DNA from: Eledone cirrhosa
Taxonomy: Eukaryota
Assembly: GCA_964016885.1 (NCBI GenBank)
Contig: OZ024741.1
Location: 9,548,001 to 9,612,000 of the forward strand
Reading direction: 5' to 3'
DNA: 64,000 bases
Within the stretch, counting starts at the first letter, position 1, and the number at the start of each line of letters is the position of its first letter. Position numbers and translations under genes: made by a program. Below the pieces are notes generated by a model that saw only the letters and a list, made by a program, of their open reading frames with translations, ran no database searches and had not been told where the DNA came from. Below, piece by piece: positions 42,101 to 57,199 of the stretch.

Positions 42101-45100
42101 AGTATTGAAACTAATGATACCACAGTGTTGATACTAAAGGTACCACAGTGTTGAAGCTAAAGTTATCACAGTGTTGAGACTAAAGGTACCACAGTGTTGA
42201 AACTAAAGGTACCACAGTGTTGAAACTAAAGGTACCACGGTGTTGAAACTAAAGGTATCAGAGTGTTGAAACTAAAGGTACCACAGTGTTGAAACTAAAG
42301 GTACCACAGTGTTGAAACTAAAGGTATCAGAGTGTTGAAACTAAAGGTACTACAGTAATGTAACTAAATGTACCAGAGTGTTGAAACTAAAGGTACGACA
42401 GTGCTGAAACTAAAGGTATTAGAATGTTGTAACTAAAGTTACCACAGTGTTGAAATTAAAGATTTCACAGTGTTGAAACTAAAGGTACCACAGTAATGTA
42501 CCAGAGTGTTGAAACTAAAGGTACCACAGTGTTGAAATTAAACTTACCACAGTGTTGAAACTAAAGGTATCACAGTGTTGAAATTAAAGGTACCACATTG
42601 TTGAAACTAAAGGTACCACAGTTTTGAAACTAAAGGTATCACAGTGTTGAAACTAAAGATACCACAGTGACTTAACTAAAGGTACCACAGTGTTGAAACT
42701 AAAGGTACCATGGTGTTGTAACTAAAGGTACCACAGTTTTGTAATGAAAGGTACCACAGTGTTGAAACTAAAGGTACCACAGTGTCGAAACTAAAGGCAC
42801 GACAGTGTTGAAACTAAAGGTACCACAGTGATGTAACTAACGGTAACACAATGTTGTAACTAAATGTACCAGAGTGTTCAAACTAAATGTATCATAGTGT
42901 TGAAACTAAAGGTACCTCAGTGTTGAAACTAAAGGAACCATAGTGTTGTAACTAAAGGTACCACAGTGTTGTAACTAACGGTTTCAGAATGTTGTAACTA
43001 AAGGTACCACAGTGTTGAAACTAAAGGTACCACAGTGCTGCAAATAAAGGTACCACAGTGTTGAAACTAAAACTACCACAATGTACAAACTAAAACTACC
43101 ACATTGTTGAAACTAAAGGTATCACAGCGTTGAAACAAAAGCTACCACAGTGTTGAAACTAACGTACCACAGTGTTGAAACTAAAGGTATCACAGTTTTG
43201 AAACTAAAGTACCAGAGTGTTGAAACTAAAGTACCAGAGTGTTGAAACTAAAGGTACCACAGTGTTGAAACTAAAGGTACCACAGTGTTGAAACTAAAGG
43301 CATCAGAGTTTTGAAACTAAAGGTACCACAGTGTTGAAACTAATGGTACTCCAGTGTTGAAACTAAAGGTACCACGGTGGTGAAACTAAAGGTTCCACAG
43401 TGATATAACTGAAGGTACCACAGTGTTGAAACTAAAGATACCTCAGTGTTGAAACTAAAGGTACCATAGTGTTGTAACTAAATGTACCACCGTGCTGTAA
43501 CTAAAGGTATCAGAATGTTGTAACTAAATGTACCACAGTGTTGAAACTAAAGGTACCACAGTGTTGCAACTAAAGGTACCACAGTGTTGAAACTAAAACT
43601 ACCACACTGTAGAAACTAAGACTGCCACAGTGTTGAAACTAAAGCTACCACAGTGTTGAAACTAAAGTACCACAGTGTTAAAACTAAAGTACCAGAGTGT
43701 TGAAACTAAAGGTATCAGAGTGTTGAAACTAAAGGTACCACAGTGTTGAAACTAAAGGTACCAGAGTTTTGAAACTAAAGGTACCACGGTGGTGAAACTA
43801 AAGGCTCCACAGTGAAGTAACTGAAGGTACCACAGTGTAGAATCTAAAGGTATCAGAGTGTTGAAACTAAAGGTACCAGAGTGATGTAACTAAATGTACC
43901 ACAGTGTTGAAACTAAAGGTACCACAATGTTGTAACTAAACGTACGACAGTGTTAAAACTAAAGGTACCACAGTGCTGAAACTAAAGGTATTAGAATGTT
44001 GTAACTAAAGTTACCACAGTGTTGAAATTAAAGATGTCACAGTGTTGAAACTAAAGGTACCACAGTGTTGAAACTAAAGGTGCCACAGTATTGTAACTAA
44101 AGGTACCACAGTGTTGTAACTAAAGGTACCACGGTGGTGAAACTAAAGGTACCACAGTGATTAACTAAAGGTACCACAGTGTTGTAACTAAATGTACCAT
44201 AGTGTTGAAACTAATGGTACCACAGTGTTGTAACTAAAGATACCACAGTGTTGAAACTAAAGGTACCACAGTGTTGAAACTAATGGTATCACAGTGTTGA
44301 AACTAAAGGTACCACAGTTTTGAAACTAAAGGTACCACAGTGTTGAAACTAAAAGTACCACAGTGTTGTAGCTAAAGGTACCACAGTGTTGAAACTAAAG
44401 CTATCAGAGTGTTGAAACTAAAGGTACGACAGTGATGTAACTAAAGGTACCATAGTGTTGAAACTAAAGGTACCACAGTGTTGAAATTAAAGGTACCACA
44501 GTGTTGAAACTAAAGGTATCACAGTGTTGAAACTAAAGGTACCACAGTGTTGAAACTAAAGGTACCACAGTGTTGAAACTAAACTACCACAATGTAGAAA
44601 CTAACACTACCACATTGTTGAAACTAAATGTATCACAGTGTTGAAACTAAAGGTATCATAGTTTTGGAACTAAAGGTACAACAGTGTTGAAACTAAAGGT
44701 ATCATAGTGTTGAAACTAAAGGTACCACAGTGTTGAAACTAAAGGTACCACAGTGTTGAAACTAAAGATACCACGGTGGTGAAACTAATGATACCACAGT
44801 GTTGAAACTAAATGTAACACAATGTTGAAACTAACGCTATTAGAATGTTGAAACTAAAGGTACCACAGTGTTGAAACTAAAGGTATCAGAGTGTTGAAAC
44901 TAAAGGTACCACCGTGTTGAAACTAAAGGTACCACAGTGTTGAAACTAAAGGTATCAGAGTGTTGTAACTAAAGATACCACAGTGTTGAAACTAAAGGTA
45001 CCACAGTGTTGAAACTAATGATACCACAGTGTTGATACTAAAGGTACCACAGTGTTGAAACTAAAGTTATCACAGTGTTGAGACTAAAGGTACCACAGTG

Positions 45101-46110
45101 TTGAAACTAAAGGTACCACAGTGTTGAAACTAAAGGTACCACGGTGTTGAAACTAAAGGTATCAGAGTGTTGAAACTAAAGGTACCACAATGTTGAAACT
45201 AAAAGTACCTCAGTGTTGTAACTAAAGGTACGACCGCGTTGAAACTAAAGGTACCACAGTGTTGAAACTAAAGGTATCATAGTGTTGAATCTAAAGGTAC
45301 CACGGTGTTGAAACTAAAGGTATCAGAGTGTTGAAACTAAAGGTACCACAGTGTTGACACTAAAGGTACCACAGTGTTGAAACTAAAGGTATCAGAGTGT
45401 TGAAACTAAAGGTACCACGGTGGTGAAACTAAAGGTACCACAGTGATGTAACTAAAGGTACAACAGTTTTGTAACTAAAGGTACCACAGTGTTGTAACTA
45501 AAGGTACCACAGTGTTGAAACTAAATCTATCAGAGTGTTGAAACTAAAGGTACTACAGTAATGTAACTAAATGTACCAGAGTGTTGAAACTAAAGGTACG
45601 ACAGTGCTGAAACTAAAGGTATTAGAATGTTGTAACTAAAGTTACCACAGTGTTGAAATTAAAGATTTCACAGTGTTGAAACTAAAGGTACCACAGTGTT
45701 GAAACTAAAGGTGACACAGTATTGTAACTAAAGGTACCACAGTGTTGTAAGTAAAGGTACCACGGTGGTGAAACTAAAGGTACCACAGTGATTAACTAAA
45801 GGTACCACAGTGTTGTAACTAATTGTACCATAGTGTTGAAACTAATGGTACCACAGTGTTGTAACTAAAGATACCACAGTGTTGAAACTAAAGGTACCAC
45901 AGTGTTGAAACTAATGGTATCACAGTGTTGAAACTAAAGGTACCACAGTGTTGAAACTAAAGGTACCACAGTGTTGAAACTAAAAGTACCACAGTGTTGT
46001 AGCTAAAGGTACCACAGTGTTGAAACTAAAGCTATCAGAGTGTTGAAACTAAAGGTACGACAGTGATGTAACTAAAGGTACCATAGTGTTGAAACTAAAG
46101 GTACCACAGT
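36160..46110. repeat. Tandem duplication of ~5.0 kb (offset 5,029, then 5,019 after a 10-bp deletion)
   Basis: GAATCAGAG 36191/41220 and CTAGATT 36484/41513 (+5029); AATGTACAAAC 38061/43080 (+5019). Confidence 0.9.
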
Positions 46111-49100
46111 GTTGAAATTAAAGGTACCACAGTGTTGAAACTAAATGTATCACAGTGTTGAAACTAAAGGTACCACATTGTTGAAACTAAATGTATCACA
46201 GTGTTGAAACTAAAGCTACCACAGTGTTGGAACTAAATGTACAACAGTGTTGAAACTAAAGGTATCATAGTGTTGAAACTAAAGGTACTACAGTGTTGAA
46301 ACTAAAGGTACCACAGTGTTGAAACTAAAGGTACCACGGTGGTGAAACTAAAGGTTCCACGGTGGTGTAACTGAAGGTACCACAGTGTTGAAACTAATGG
46401 TATCACAGTGTTGAAACTAAAGGTACCACAGTGTTGTAACTAAAGGAACCACAGTGTTGAAACTAAATGTATCACAATGTTGAAACTAAAGGTACCACAG
46501 TGATGTAACTAAAGGTACCACAATGTTGTAACTAAATGTACCAGAGTGTTCAAACTAAATGTATCATAGTGTTGAACATTAAGGTACCTCAGTGTTGAAA
46601 CTAAAGGTACCACAGTGTTGAAACTAAACGTACCACAGTGTTGAAACTAAAGGTATCAGAGTGTTGAAACTGAAGGTACCACAGTGTTGAAACTAAAGGT
46701 ACCACAGTGTTGAAACTAAAGGTACCACAGTGTGGAAACTAAAGGTACGACAGTGTTGAAACTAAAGGTACCACAGTGTTGAAACTAAAGGTATCACAGT
46801 GTTGAAACTAAAGGTACCACAGTGTTGTAACTAAAGGAACCACAGTGTTGAAACTAAATGTGTCACAATGTTGAAACTAAATGTACCACAGTGATGTAAC
46901 TAACGGTACCAGAATGTTGTAACTAAATGTACCAGAGTGTTCAAACTAAATGTATCATAGTGTTGAAACTAAAAGTACCTCAGTGTTGAAACTAAAGGTA
47001 CCATAGTGTTGTAACTAAAGGTACCACAGTGTTGTAACTAAAGGTATCATAATGTTGTAACTAAAGGTACCACAGTGTTGAAACTAAAGGTACCACAGTG
47101 TTGAAGCTAAAGGTATCAGAGTGTTGAAACTAAAGGTACCAGAGTGTTGAAACAAAAGGTACCACAGTGTTGAAACTAAAGGTATCAGAGTGTTGAAACT
47201 AAAGGTACCACAGTGATGTATCTAAATGTACCAGAGTGTTGAAACTAAAGGTATCAGATTGTTGAAACTAAGGGTATCAGATTGTTGAAACTAAAGGTAC
47301 CACAGTGATGTAACTAAAGGTACCACAGTGTTGAAACCAACGGTACCACAGTGTTGTAACTAAAGGTACCACAGTGTTGTAACTAAAAGTAATAGAGTGT
47401 TGAAACTAAAGGTACCACAGTGTTGAAACTAAAGGTATCAGAGTGTTGAAACTAAAGGTACTACAGTAATGTAACTAAATGTACCAGAGTGTTGAAACTA
47501 AAGGTACGACAGTGCTGAAACTAAAGGTATTAGAATGTTGTAACTAAAGTTACCACAGTGTTGAAATTAAAGATTTCACAGTGTTGAAACTAAAGGTACC
47601 ACAGTGTTGAAACTAAATCTATCAGAGTGTTGAAACTAAAGGTACTACAGTAATGTAACTAAATGTACCAGAGTGTTGAAACTAAAGGTACGACAGTGCT
47701 GAAACTAAAGGTATTAGAATGTTGTAACTAAAGTTACCACAGTGTTGAAATTAAAGATTTCACAGTGTTGAAACTAAAGGTACCACAGTAATGTAACTAA
47801 ATGTACCAGAGTGTTGAAACTAAAGGTACCACAGTGTTGAAATTAAACTTACCACAGTGTTGAAACTAAAGGTATCACAGTGTTGAAATTAAAGGTACCA
47901 CATTGTTGAAACTAAAGGTACCACAGTTTTGAAACTAAAGGTATCACAGTGTTGAAACTAAAGATACCACAGTGACTTAACTAAAGGTACCACAGTGTTG
48001 AAACTAAAGGTACCATGGTGTTGTAACTAAAGGTACCACAGTTTTGTAATGAAAGGTACCACAGTGTTGAAACTAAAGGTACCACAGTGTCGAAACTAAA
48101 GGCACGACAGTGTTGAAACTAAAGGTACCACAGTGATGTAACTAACGGTAACACAATGTTGTAACTAAATGTACCAGAGTGTTCAAACTAAATGTATCAT
48201 AGTGTTGAAACTAAAGGTACCTCAGTGTTGAAACTAAAGGAACCATAGTGTTGTAACTAAAGGTACCACAGTGTTGTAACTAACGGTTTCAGAATGTTGT
48301 AACTAAAGGTACCACAGTGTTGAAACTAAAGGTACCACAGTGCTGCAAATAAAGGTACCACAGTGTTGAAACTAAAACTACCACAATGTACAAACTAAAA
48401 CTACCACATTGTTGAAACTAAAGGTATCACAGCGTTGAAACAAAAGCTACCACAGTGTTGAAACTAACGTACCACAGTGTTGAAATTAAAGGTATCACAG
48501 TTTTGAAACTAAAGTACCAGAGTGTTGAAACTAAAGTACCAGAGTGTTGAAACTAAAGGTACCACAGTGTTGAAACTAAAGGTACCACAGTGTTGAAACT
48601 AAAGGCATCAGAGTTTTGAAACTAAAGGTACCACAGTGTTGAAACTAATGGTACTCCAGTGTTGAAACTAAAGGTACCACGGTGGTGAAACTAAAGGTTC
48701 CACAGTGATATAACTGAAGGTACCACAGTGTTGAAACTAAAGATACCTCAGTGTTGAAACTAAAGGTACCATAGTGTTGTAACTAAAGGTACCACCGTGC
48801 TGTAACTAAAGGTATCAGAATGTTGTAACTAAATGTACCACAGTGTTGAAACTAAAGGTACCACAGTGTTGCAACTAAAGGTACCACAGTGTTGAAACTA
48901 AAACTACCACACTGTAGAAACTAAGACTGCCACAGTGTTGAAACTAAAGCTACCACAGTGTTGAAACTAAAGTACCACAGTGTTAAAACTAAAGTACCAG
49001 AGTGTTGAAACTAAAGGTATCAGAGTGTTGAAACTAAAGGTACCACAGTGTTGAAACTAAAGGTACCAGAGTTTTGAAACTAAAGGTACCACGGTGGTGA

Positions 49101-52100
49101 AACTAAAGGCTCCACAGTGAAGTAACTGAAGGTACCACAGTGTAGAATCTAAAGGTATCAGAGTGTTGAAACTAAAGGTACCAGAGTGATGTAACTAAAT
49201 GTACCACAGTGTTGAAACTAAAGGTACCACAATGTTGTAACTAAACGTACGACAGTGTTAAAACTAAAGGTACCACAGTGCTGAAACTAAAGGTATTAGA
49301 ATGTTGTAACTAAAGTTACCACAGTGTTGAAATTAAAGATGTCACAGTGTTGAAACTAAAGGTACCACAGTGTTGAAACTAAAGGTGCCACAGTATTGTA
49401 ACTAAAGGTACCACAGTGTTGTAACTAAAGGTACCACGGTGGTGAAACTAAAGGTACCACAGTGATTAACTAAAGGTACCACAGTGTTGTAACTAAATGT
49501 ACCATAGTGTTGAAACTAATGGTACCACAGTGTTGTAACTAAAGATACCACAGTGTTGAAACTAAAGGTACCACAGTGTTGAAACTAATGGTATCACAGT
49601 GTTGAAACTAAAGGTACCACAGTTTTGAAACTAAAGGTACCACAGTGTTGAAACTAAAAGTACCACAGTGTTGTAGCTAAAGGTACCACAGTGTTGAAAC
49701 TAAAGCTATCAGAGTGTTGAAACTAAAGGTACGACAGTGATGTAACTAAAGGTACCATAGTGTTGAAACTAAAGGTACCACAGTGTTGAAATTAAAGGTA
49801 CCACAGTGTTGAAACTAAAGGTATCACAGTGTTGAAACTAAAGGTACCACAGTGTTGAAACTAAAGGTACCACAGTGTTGAAACTAAACTACCACAATGT
49901 AGAAACTAACACTACCACATTGTTGAAACTAAATGTATCACAGTGTTGAAACTAAAGGTATCATAGTTTTGGAACTAAAGGTACAACAGTGTTGAAACTA
50001 AAGGTATCATAGTGTTGAAACTAAAGGTACCACAGTGTTGAAACTAAAGGTACCACAGTGTTGAAACTAAAGATACCACGGTGGTGAAACTAATGATACC
50101 ACAGTGTTGAAACTAAATGTAACACAATGTTGAAACTAACGCTATTAGAATGTTGAAACTAAAGGTACCACAGTGTTGAAACTAAAGGTATCAGAGTGTT
50201 GAAACTAAAGGTACCACCGTGTTGAAACTAAAGGTACCACAGTGTTGAAACTAAAGGTATCAGAGTGTTGTAACTAAAGATACCACAGTGTTGAAACTAA
50301 AGGTACCACAGTGTTGAAACTAATGATACCACAGTGTTGATACTAAAGGTACCACAGTGTTGAAACTAAAGTTATCACAGTGTTGAGACTAAAGGTACCA
50401 CAGTGTTGAAACTAAAGGTACCACAGTGTTGAAACTAAAGGTACCACGGTGTTGAAACTAAAGGTATCAGAGTGTTGAAACTAAAGGTACCACAATGTTG
50501 AAACTAAAAGTACCTCAGTGTTGTAACTAAAGGTACGACCGCGTTGAAACTAAAGGTACCACAGTGTTGAAACTAAAGGTATCATAGTGTTGAATCTAAA
50601 GGTACCACGGTGTTGAAACTAAAGGTATCAGAGTGTTGAAACTAAAGGTACCACAGTGTTGACACTAAAGGTACCACAGTGTTGAAACTAAAGGTATCAG
50701 AGTGTTGGAACTAAAGGTACCACGGTGGTGAAACTAAAGGTACCACAGTGATGTAACTAAAGGTACAACAGTTTTGTAACTAAAGGTACCACAGTGTTGT
50801 AACTAAAGGTACCACAGTGTTGAAACTAAATCTATCAGAGTGTTGAAACTAAAGGTACTACAGTAATGTAACTAAATGTACCAGAGTGTTGAAACTAAAG
50901 GTACGACAGTGCTGAAACTAAAGGTATTAGAATGTTGTAACTAAAGTTACCACAGTGTTGAAATTAAAGATTTCACAGTGTTGAAACTAAAGGTACCACA
51001 GTGTTGAAACTAAAGGTGACACAGTATTGTAACTAAAGGTACCACAGTGTTGTAAGTAAAGGTACCACGGTGGTGAAACTAAAGGTACCACAGTGATTAA
51101 CTAAAGGTACCACAGTGTTGTAACTAATTGTACCATAGTGTTGAAACTAATGGTACCACAGTGTTGTAACTAAAGATACCACAGTGTTGAAACTAAAGGT
51201 ACCACAGTGTTGAAACTAATGGTATCACAGTGTTGAAACTAAAGGTACCACAGTGTTGAAACTAAAGGTACCACAGTGTTGAAACTAAAAGTACCACAGT
51301 GTTGTAGCTAAAGGTACCACAGTGTTGAAACTAAAGCTATCAGAGTGTTGAAACTAAAGGTACGACAGTGATGTAACTAAAGGTACCATAGTGTTGAAAC
51401 TAAAGGTACCACAGTGTTGAAATTAAAGGTACCACAGTGTTGAAACTAAATGTATCACAGTGTTGAAACTAAAGGTACCACATTGTTGAAACTAAATGTA
51501 TCACAGTGTTGAAACTAAAGCTACCACAGTGTTGGAACTAAAGGTACAACAGTGTTGAAACTAAAGGTATCATAGTGTTGAAACTAAAGGTACTACAGTG
51601 TTGAAACTAAAGGTACCACAGTGTTGAAACTAAAGGTACCACGGTGGTGAAACTAAAGGTTCCACGGTGGTGTAACTGAAGGTACCACAGTGTTGAAACT
51701 AATGGTATCACAGTGTTGAAACTAAAGGTACCACAGTGTTGTAACTAAAGGAACCACAGTGTTGAAACTAAATGTATCACAATGTTGAAACTAAAGGTAC
51801 CACAGTGATGTAACTAAAGGTACCACAATGTTGTAACTAAATGTACCAGAGTGTTCAAACTAAATGTATCATAGTGTTGAACATTAAGGTACCTCAGTGT
51901 TGAAACTAAAGGTACCACAGTGTTGAAACTAAACGTACCACAGTGTTGAAACTAAAGGTATCAGAGTGTTGAAACTGAAGGTACCACAGTGTTGAAACTA
52001 AAGGTACCACAGTGTTGAAACTAAAGGTACCACAGTGTGGAAACTAAAGGTACGACAGTGTTGAAACTAAAGGTACCACAGTGTTGAAACTAAAGGTATC

Positions 52101-52750
52101 ACAGTGTTGAAACTAAAGGTACCACAGTGTTGTAACTAAAGGAACCACAGTGTTGAAACTAAATGTGTCACAATGTTGAAACTAAATGTACCACAGTGAT
52201 GTAACTAACGGTACCAGAATGTTGTAACTAAATGTACCAGAGTGTTCAAACTAAATGTATCATAGTGTTGAAACTAAAAGTACCTCAGTGTTGAAACTAA
52301 AGGTACCATAGTGTTGTAACTAAAGGTACCACAGTGTTGTAACTAAAGGTATCATAATGTTGTAACTAAAGGTACCACAGTGTTGAAACTAAAGGTACCA
52401 CAGTGTTGAAGCTAAAGGTATCAGAGTGTTGAAACTAAAGGTACCACAGTGTTGAAACAAAAGGTACCACAGTGTTGAAACTAAAGGTATCAGAGTGTTG
52501 AAACTAAAGGTACCACAGTGATGTATCTAAATGTACCAGAGTGTTGAAACTAAAGGTATCAGATTGTTGAAACTAAGGGTATCAGATTGTTGAAACTAAA
52601 GGTACCACAGTGATGTAACTAAAGGTACCACAGTGTTGAAACCAACGGTACCACAGTGTTGTAACTAAAGGTACCACAGTGTTGTAACTAAAAGTAATAG
52701 AGTGTTGAAACTAAAGGTACCACAGTGTTGAAACTAAAGGTATCAGAGTG
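42300..52750. repeat. Tandem duplication, period 5,305 bp, overlapping the 5.0-kb duplication so that ~37.3-41.1 kb is present three times
   Basis: AATGTACAAAC 43080/48385 and GAACATT 46574/51879 are both at +5305. Shared private variants (GTAGAATC, GACCGCG, GTAAGTAAA) appear in all three copies. Confidence 0.9.
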
Positions 52751-54149
52751 TTGAAACTAAAGGTACCACCGTGTTGAAACTAAAGGTACCACAGTGTTGT
52801 AACTAAAGGTACCACGGTGCTGAAACTAAAGGTACCACAGTGATGTAACTAATAGTACAACAGTGTTGTAACTAAAGGTACCACAGTGTTGTAACTAAAT
52901 GTACCACAGTGTTGTAACTAAAAATACCACAGTGTTGAAACTAAAGGTACCACAGTGTTGAAACTAAAGTTATCACAGTGTTGAGACTAAAGGTACCACA
53001 GTGATGAAACTAAAGGTACCACAGTGTTCAAACTAAAGGTACCACGGTGTTGAAACTAAAGGTATCAGAGTGTTGAAACTAAAGGTACCACAATGTTGAA
53101 ACTAAAAGTACCACAGTGTTGTAACTAAAGGTACGACCGTGTTGAAACTAAAGATACCACAGTGTTGAAACTAAAGGTATCATAGTGTTGAAACTAAAGG
53201 TACCACAGTGTTGAAACTAAAGGTACCACAGTGTTGAAACTAAAGGTATCAGAGTGTTGAAACTAAAGGTACCACGGTGGTGAAACTAAAGGTACCACAG
53301 TGATGTATCTAAAGGTACAACAGTGTTGTAACTAAAGGTACCACAGTGTTGTAACTAAAGGTACCACAGTGTTGAAACTAAATTTATTAGTGTTGAAACT
53401 AAAGGTACCACAGTAATGTAACTAAATGTACCAGAGTGTTGAAACTAAAGGTACCACAGTGTTGAAATTAAAGTTACCACAGTGTTGAAACTAAAGGTAT
53501 CACAGTGTTGAAATTAAAGGTACCACATTGTTGAAACTAAAGGTACCACACTTTTGAAACTAAAGGTATCACAGTGTTGAAACTAAAGATACCACAGTGA
53601 CTTAACTAAAGGTACCACAGTGTTGAAACTAAAGGTACCATGGTGTTGTAACTAAAGGTACCACAGTTTTGTAATGAAAGGTACCACAGTGTTGAAACTA
53701 AAGGTACCACAGTGTCGAAACTAAAGGCACGACAGTGTTGAAACTAATGGTACCACAGTGTTGAAACTAAAGGTACCACAGTGATGTAACTAACGGTAAC
53801 ACAATGTTGTAACTAAATGTACCAGAGTGTTCAAGCTAAATGTATCATAGTGTTGAAACTAAAGGTACCTCAGTGTTGAAACTAAAGGAACCATAGTGTT
53901 GTAACTAAAGGTACCACAGTGTTGTAACTAAAGGTTTCAGAATGTTGTAACTAAAGGTACCACAGTGTTGAAACTAAAGGTACCACAGTGCTGCAAATAA
54001 AGGTACCACAGTGTTGAAACTAAAGGTATCAGAGTGTTGAAACTAAAGGTACCACCGTGTTGAAACTAAAGGTACCACAGTGTTGAAACTAAAGGTATCA
54101 GAGTGTTGAAACTAAAGGTACCACGGTGCTGAAACTAAAGGTACCACAG

Positions 54150-54660
54150 TGTTGTAACTAAAGATACCACAGTGTTGAAACTAAAGGTACCACAGTGTTG
54201 AAACTAAAGTTATCACAGTGTTGAGACTAAAGGTACCACAGTGTTGAAACTAAAGGTACCACAGTGTTGAAACTAAAGGTACCACGGTGTTGAAACTAAA
54301 GGTATCAGAGTGTTGAAACTAAAGGTACCACAATGTTGAAACTAAAAGTACCACAGTGTTGTAACTAAAGGTACCACAGTGTTGTAACTAAATGTACCAC
54401 AGTGTTGTAACTAAATGTACTATAGTGTTGAAACTAATGTTACCACAGTGTTGTAACTAAAGATACCACAGTGTTGAAACTAAAGGTACCACAGTGTTGA
54501 AACTAAAGTTATCACAGTGTTGAGACTAAAGGTACCACAGTGTTGAAACTAAAGGTACCACAGTGTTGAAACTAAAGGTACCACGGTGTTGAAACTAAAG
54601 GTATCAGAGTGTTGAAACTAAAGGTACCACAATGTTGAAACTAAAAGTACCACAGTGTTG
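54150..54660. repeat. Short 299-bp (13-monomer) tandem duplication
   Basis: TATCACAGTGTTGAGAC preceded by AAAGT at 54211/54510 (+299 = 13 x 23), followed by the same run of monomer types. Confidence 0.75.
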
Positions 54661-57199
54661 TAACTAAAGGTACGACCGTGTTGAAACTAAAGGTACCACA
54701 GTGTTGAAACTAAAGGTATCATAGTGTTGAAACTAAAGGTACCACGGTGTTGAAACTAAAGGTATCAGAGTGTTGAAACTAAAGGTACCACAGTGTTGAA
54801 ACTAAAGGTATCACAGTGTTGAAACTAAAGGTACCACGGTGGTGAAACTAAAGGTTCCACAGTGATGTAACTGAAGGTACCACAGTGTTGAAACTAATGG
54901 TATCACAGTGTTGAAACTAAAGGTACCACAGTGTTGTAACTAAAGGAACCACAGTGTTGAAACTAAATGTATCACAATGTTGAAACTAAAGGTACCACAG
55001 TGATGTAACTAAAGGTACCACGATGTTGTAACTAAATGTACCAGAGTGTTCAAACTAAATGAATCATAGTGTTGAAACTTAAGGTACCTCAGTGTTGAAA
55101 CTAAAGGTACCACAGTGTTGAAACTAAACGTACCACAGTGTTGAAACTAAAGCTACCACAGCGGTGAAACTAAAGGTTCCACAGTGAAGTAACTGAAGGT
55201 ACCACAGTGTAGAATCTAAAGGTATCAGACTGTTGAAACTAAAGGTACCAGAGTGATGTAACTAAATGTACCACAGTGTTGAATTTAAAGGTACCACAAT
55301 GTTGTAACTAAACGTACCACAGTGTTAAAACTAAAGGTACCACAGTGCTGAAACTAAAGGTATTAGAATGTTGTAACTAAAGTTACCACAGTGTTGAAAT
55401 TAAAGATGTCACAGTGTTGAAACTAAAGGTACCACAGTGTTGAAACTAAAGGTGCCACAGTATTGTAACTAAAGGTACCACAGTGTTGTAACTAAAGGTA
55501 CCACGGTGGTGAAACTAAAGGTACCACAGTGATTAACTAAAGGTACCACAGTGTTGTAACTAAATGTAACATAGTGTTGAAACTAATGGTACCACAGTGT
55601 TGTAACTAAAGATACCACAGTGTTGAAACTAAAGGTACCAGAGTGTTGAAACTAATGGTATCACAGTGTTGAAACTAAAGGTACCACAGTGTTGAAACTA
55701 AAGGTACCACAGTGTTGAAACTAAAGGTACCACGGTGTTGAAACTTAAGGTATCAGAGTGTTGAAACTAAAGGTACCACAGTGTTGAAACTAAAGGTACC
55801 ACAGTGTTGAAACTAAAGGTACCACGGTGGTGAAACTAAAGGTTCCACAGTGATGAAACTAAAGGTACCACAGTGTTGAAACTAATGGTATCACAGTGTT
55901 GAAACTAAAGGTACGACAGTGATGTAACTAAAGGTACCATAGTGTTGAAACCAAAAGTACCACAGTGTTGTAGCTAAAGGTACCACAGTGTTGAAACTAA
56001 AGCTATCAGAGTGTTGAAACTAAAGGTAAAACAGTGTTGAAACTAAACTACCACAATGTAGAAACTAAAACTACGACATTGTTGAAACTAAATGTATCAC
56101 AGTGTTGAAACTAAAGCTACCACAGTGTTGGAACTAAAGGTACAACAGTGTTGAAACTAAAGTTATCATAGTTTTGAAACTAAAGGTACCACAGTGTTGA
56201 AACTAAAGGTTCCACAGTGTTGAAACTAAAGGTACCGCGGTGGTGAAACTAAAGGTTCCACAGTGATGTAACTGAAGGTACCACAGTGTTGAAACTAAGT
56301 GTATCACAGTGTTGAAACTAAAGGTACCACAGTGTCGAAACTAAAGGTACGACAGTGTTGAAACTAAAGGAACCACAGTGTTGAAACTAAATGTATCACC
56401 ATGTTGAAACTAAATGTACCACAGTGATGTAACTAACGGTACCAGAATGTTGTAACTAAATGTACCAAGTGTTCAAACTAAATGTATCATAGTGTTGAAA
56501 CTAAAGGTACCTCAGTGTTGAAACTAAAGGTACCATAGTGTTGTAACTAAAGGTACCACAGTGTTGTAACTAAAGGTATCATAATGTTGTAACTAAAGGT
56601 ACCACAGTGTTGAAACTAAAGGTACCACATTGTTGAAGCTAAAGGTATCAGAGTGTTGAAACTAAAGGTACCACAGTGTTGAAACAAAAGGTAACACAGT
56701 GTTGAAACTAAAGATATCAGAGTGTTGAAACTAAAGGTACCACAGTGATGTATCTAAATGTACCAGAGTGTTGAAACTAAAGGTATCAGATTGTTGAAAC
56801 TAAGGGTATCAGATTGTTGAAACTAAAGGTACCACAGTGATGTAACTAAAGGTACCACAGTGTTGAAACCAACGGTACCACAGTGTTGTAACTAAAGGTA
56901 CCACAGTGTTGTAACTAAAAGTAATAGAGTGTTGAAACTAAAGGTTCCACAGTGTTGAAATTAAAGGTACCACAGTGTTGAAACTAAAGGTAATAGAGTG
57001 TTGTAAATAAAGGTACCACAGTGTTGAAACTAAAGGTATCAGAGCGTTGAAACAAAATCTACCACAATGATGAAACTAAGTGTACCAGATTCTTGAAACT
57101 AAGGGTACCACAGTGATGAAACTAAATGTACCAGAGTGTTGAAACTAAAGGTACCACAGTGTTGAAATTAAAGGTACCACAGTGTTGAAACTAAAGGTA

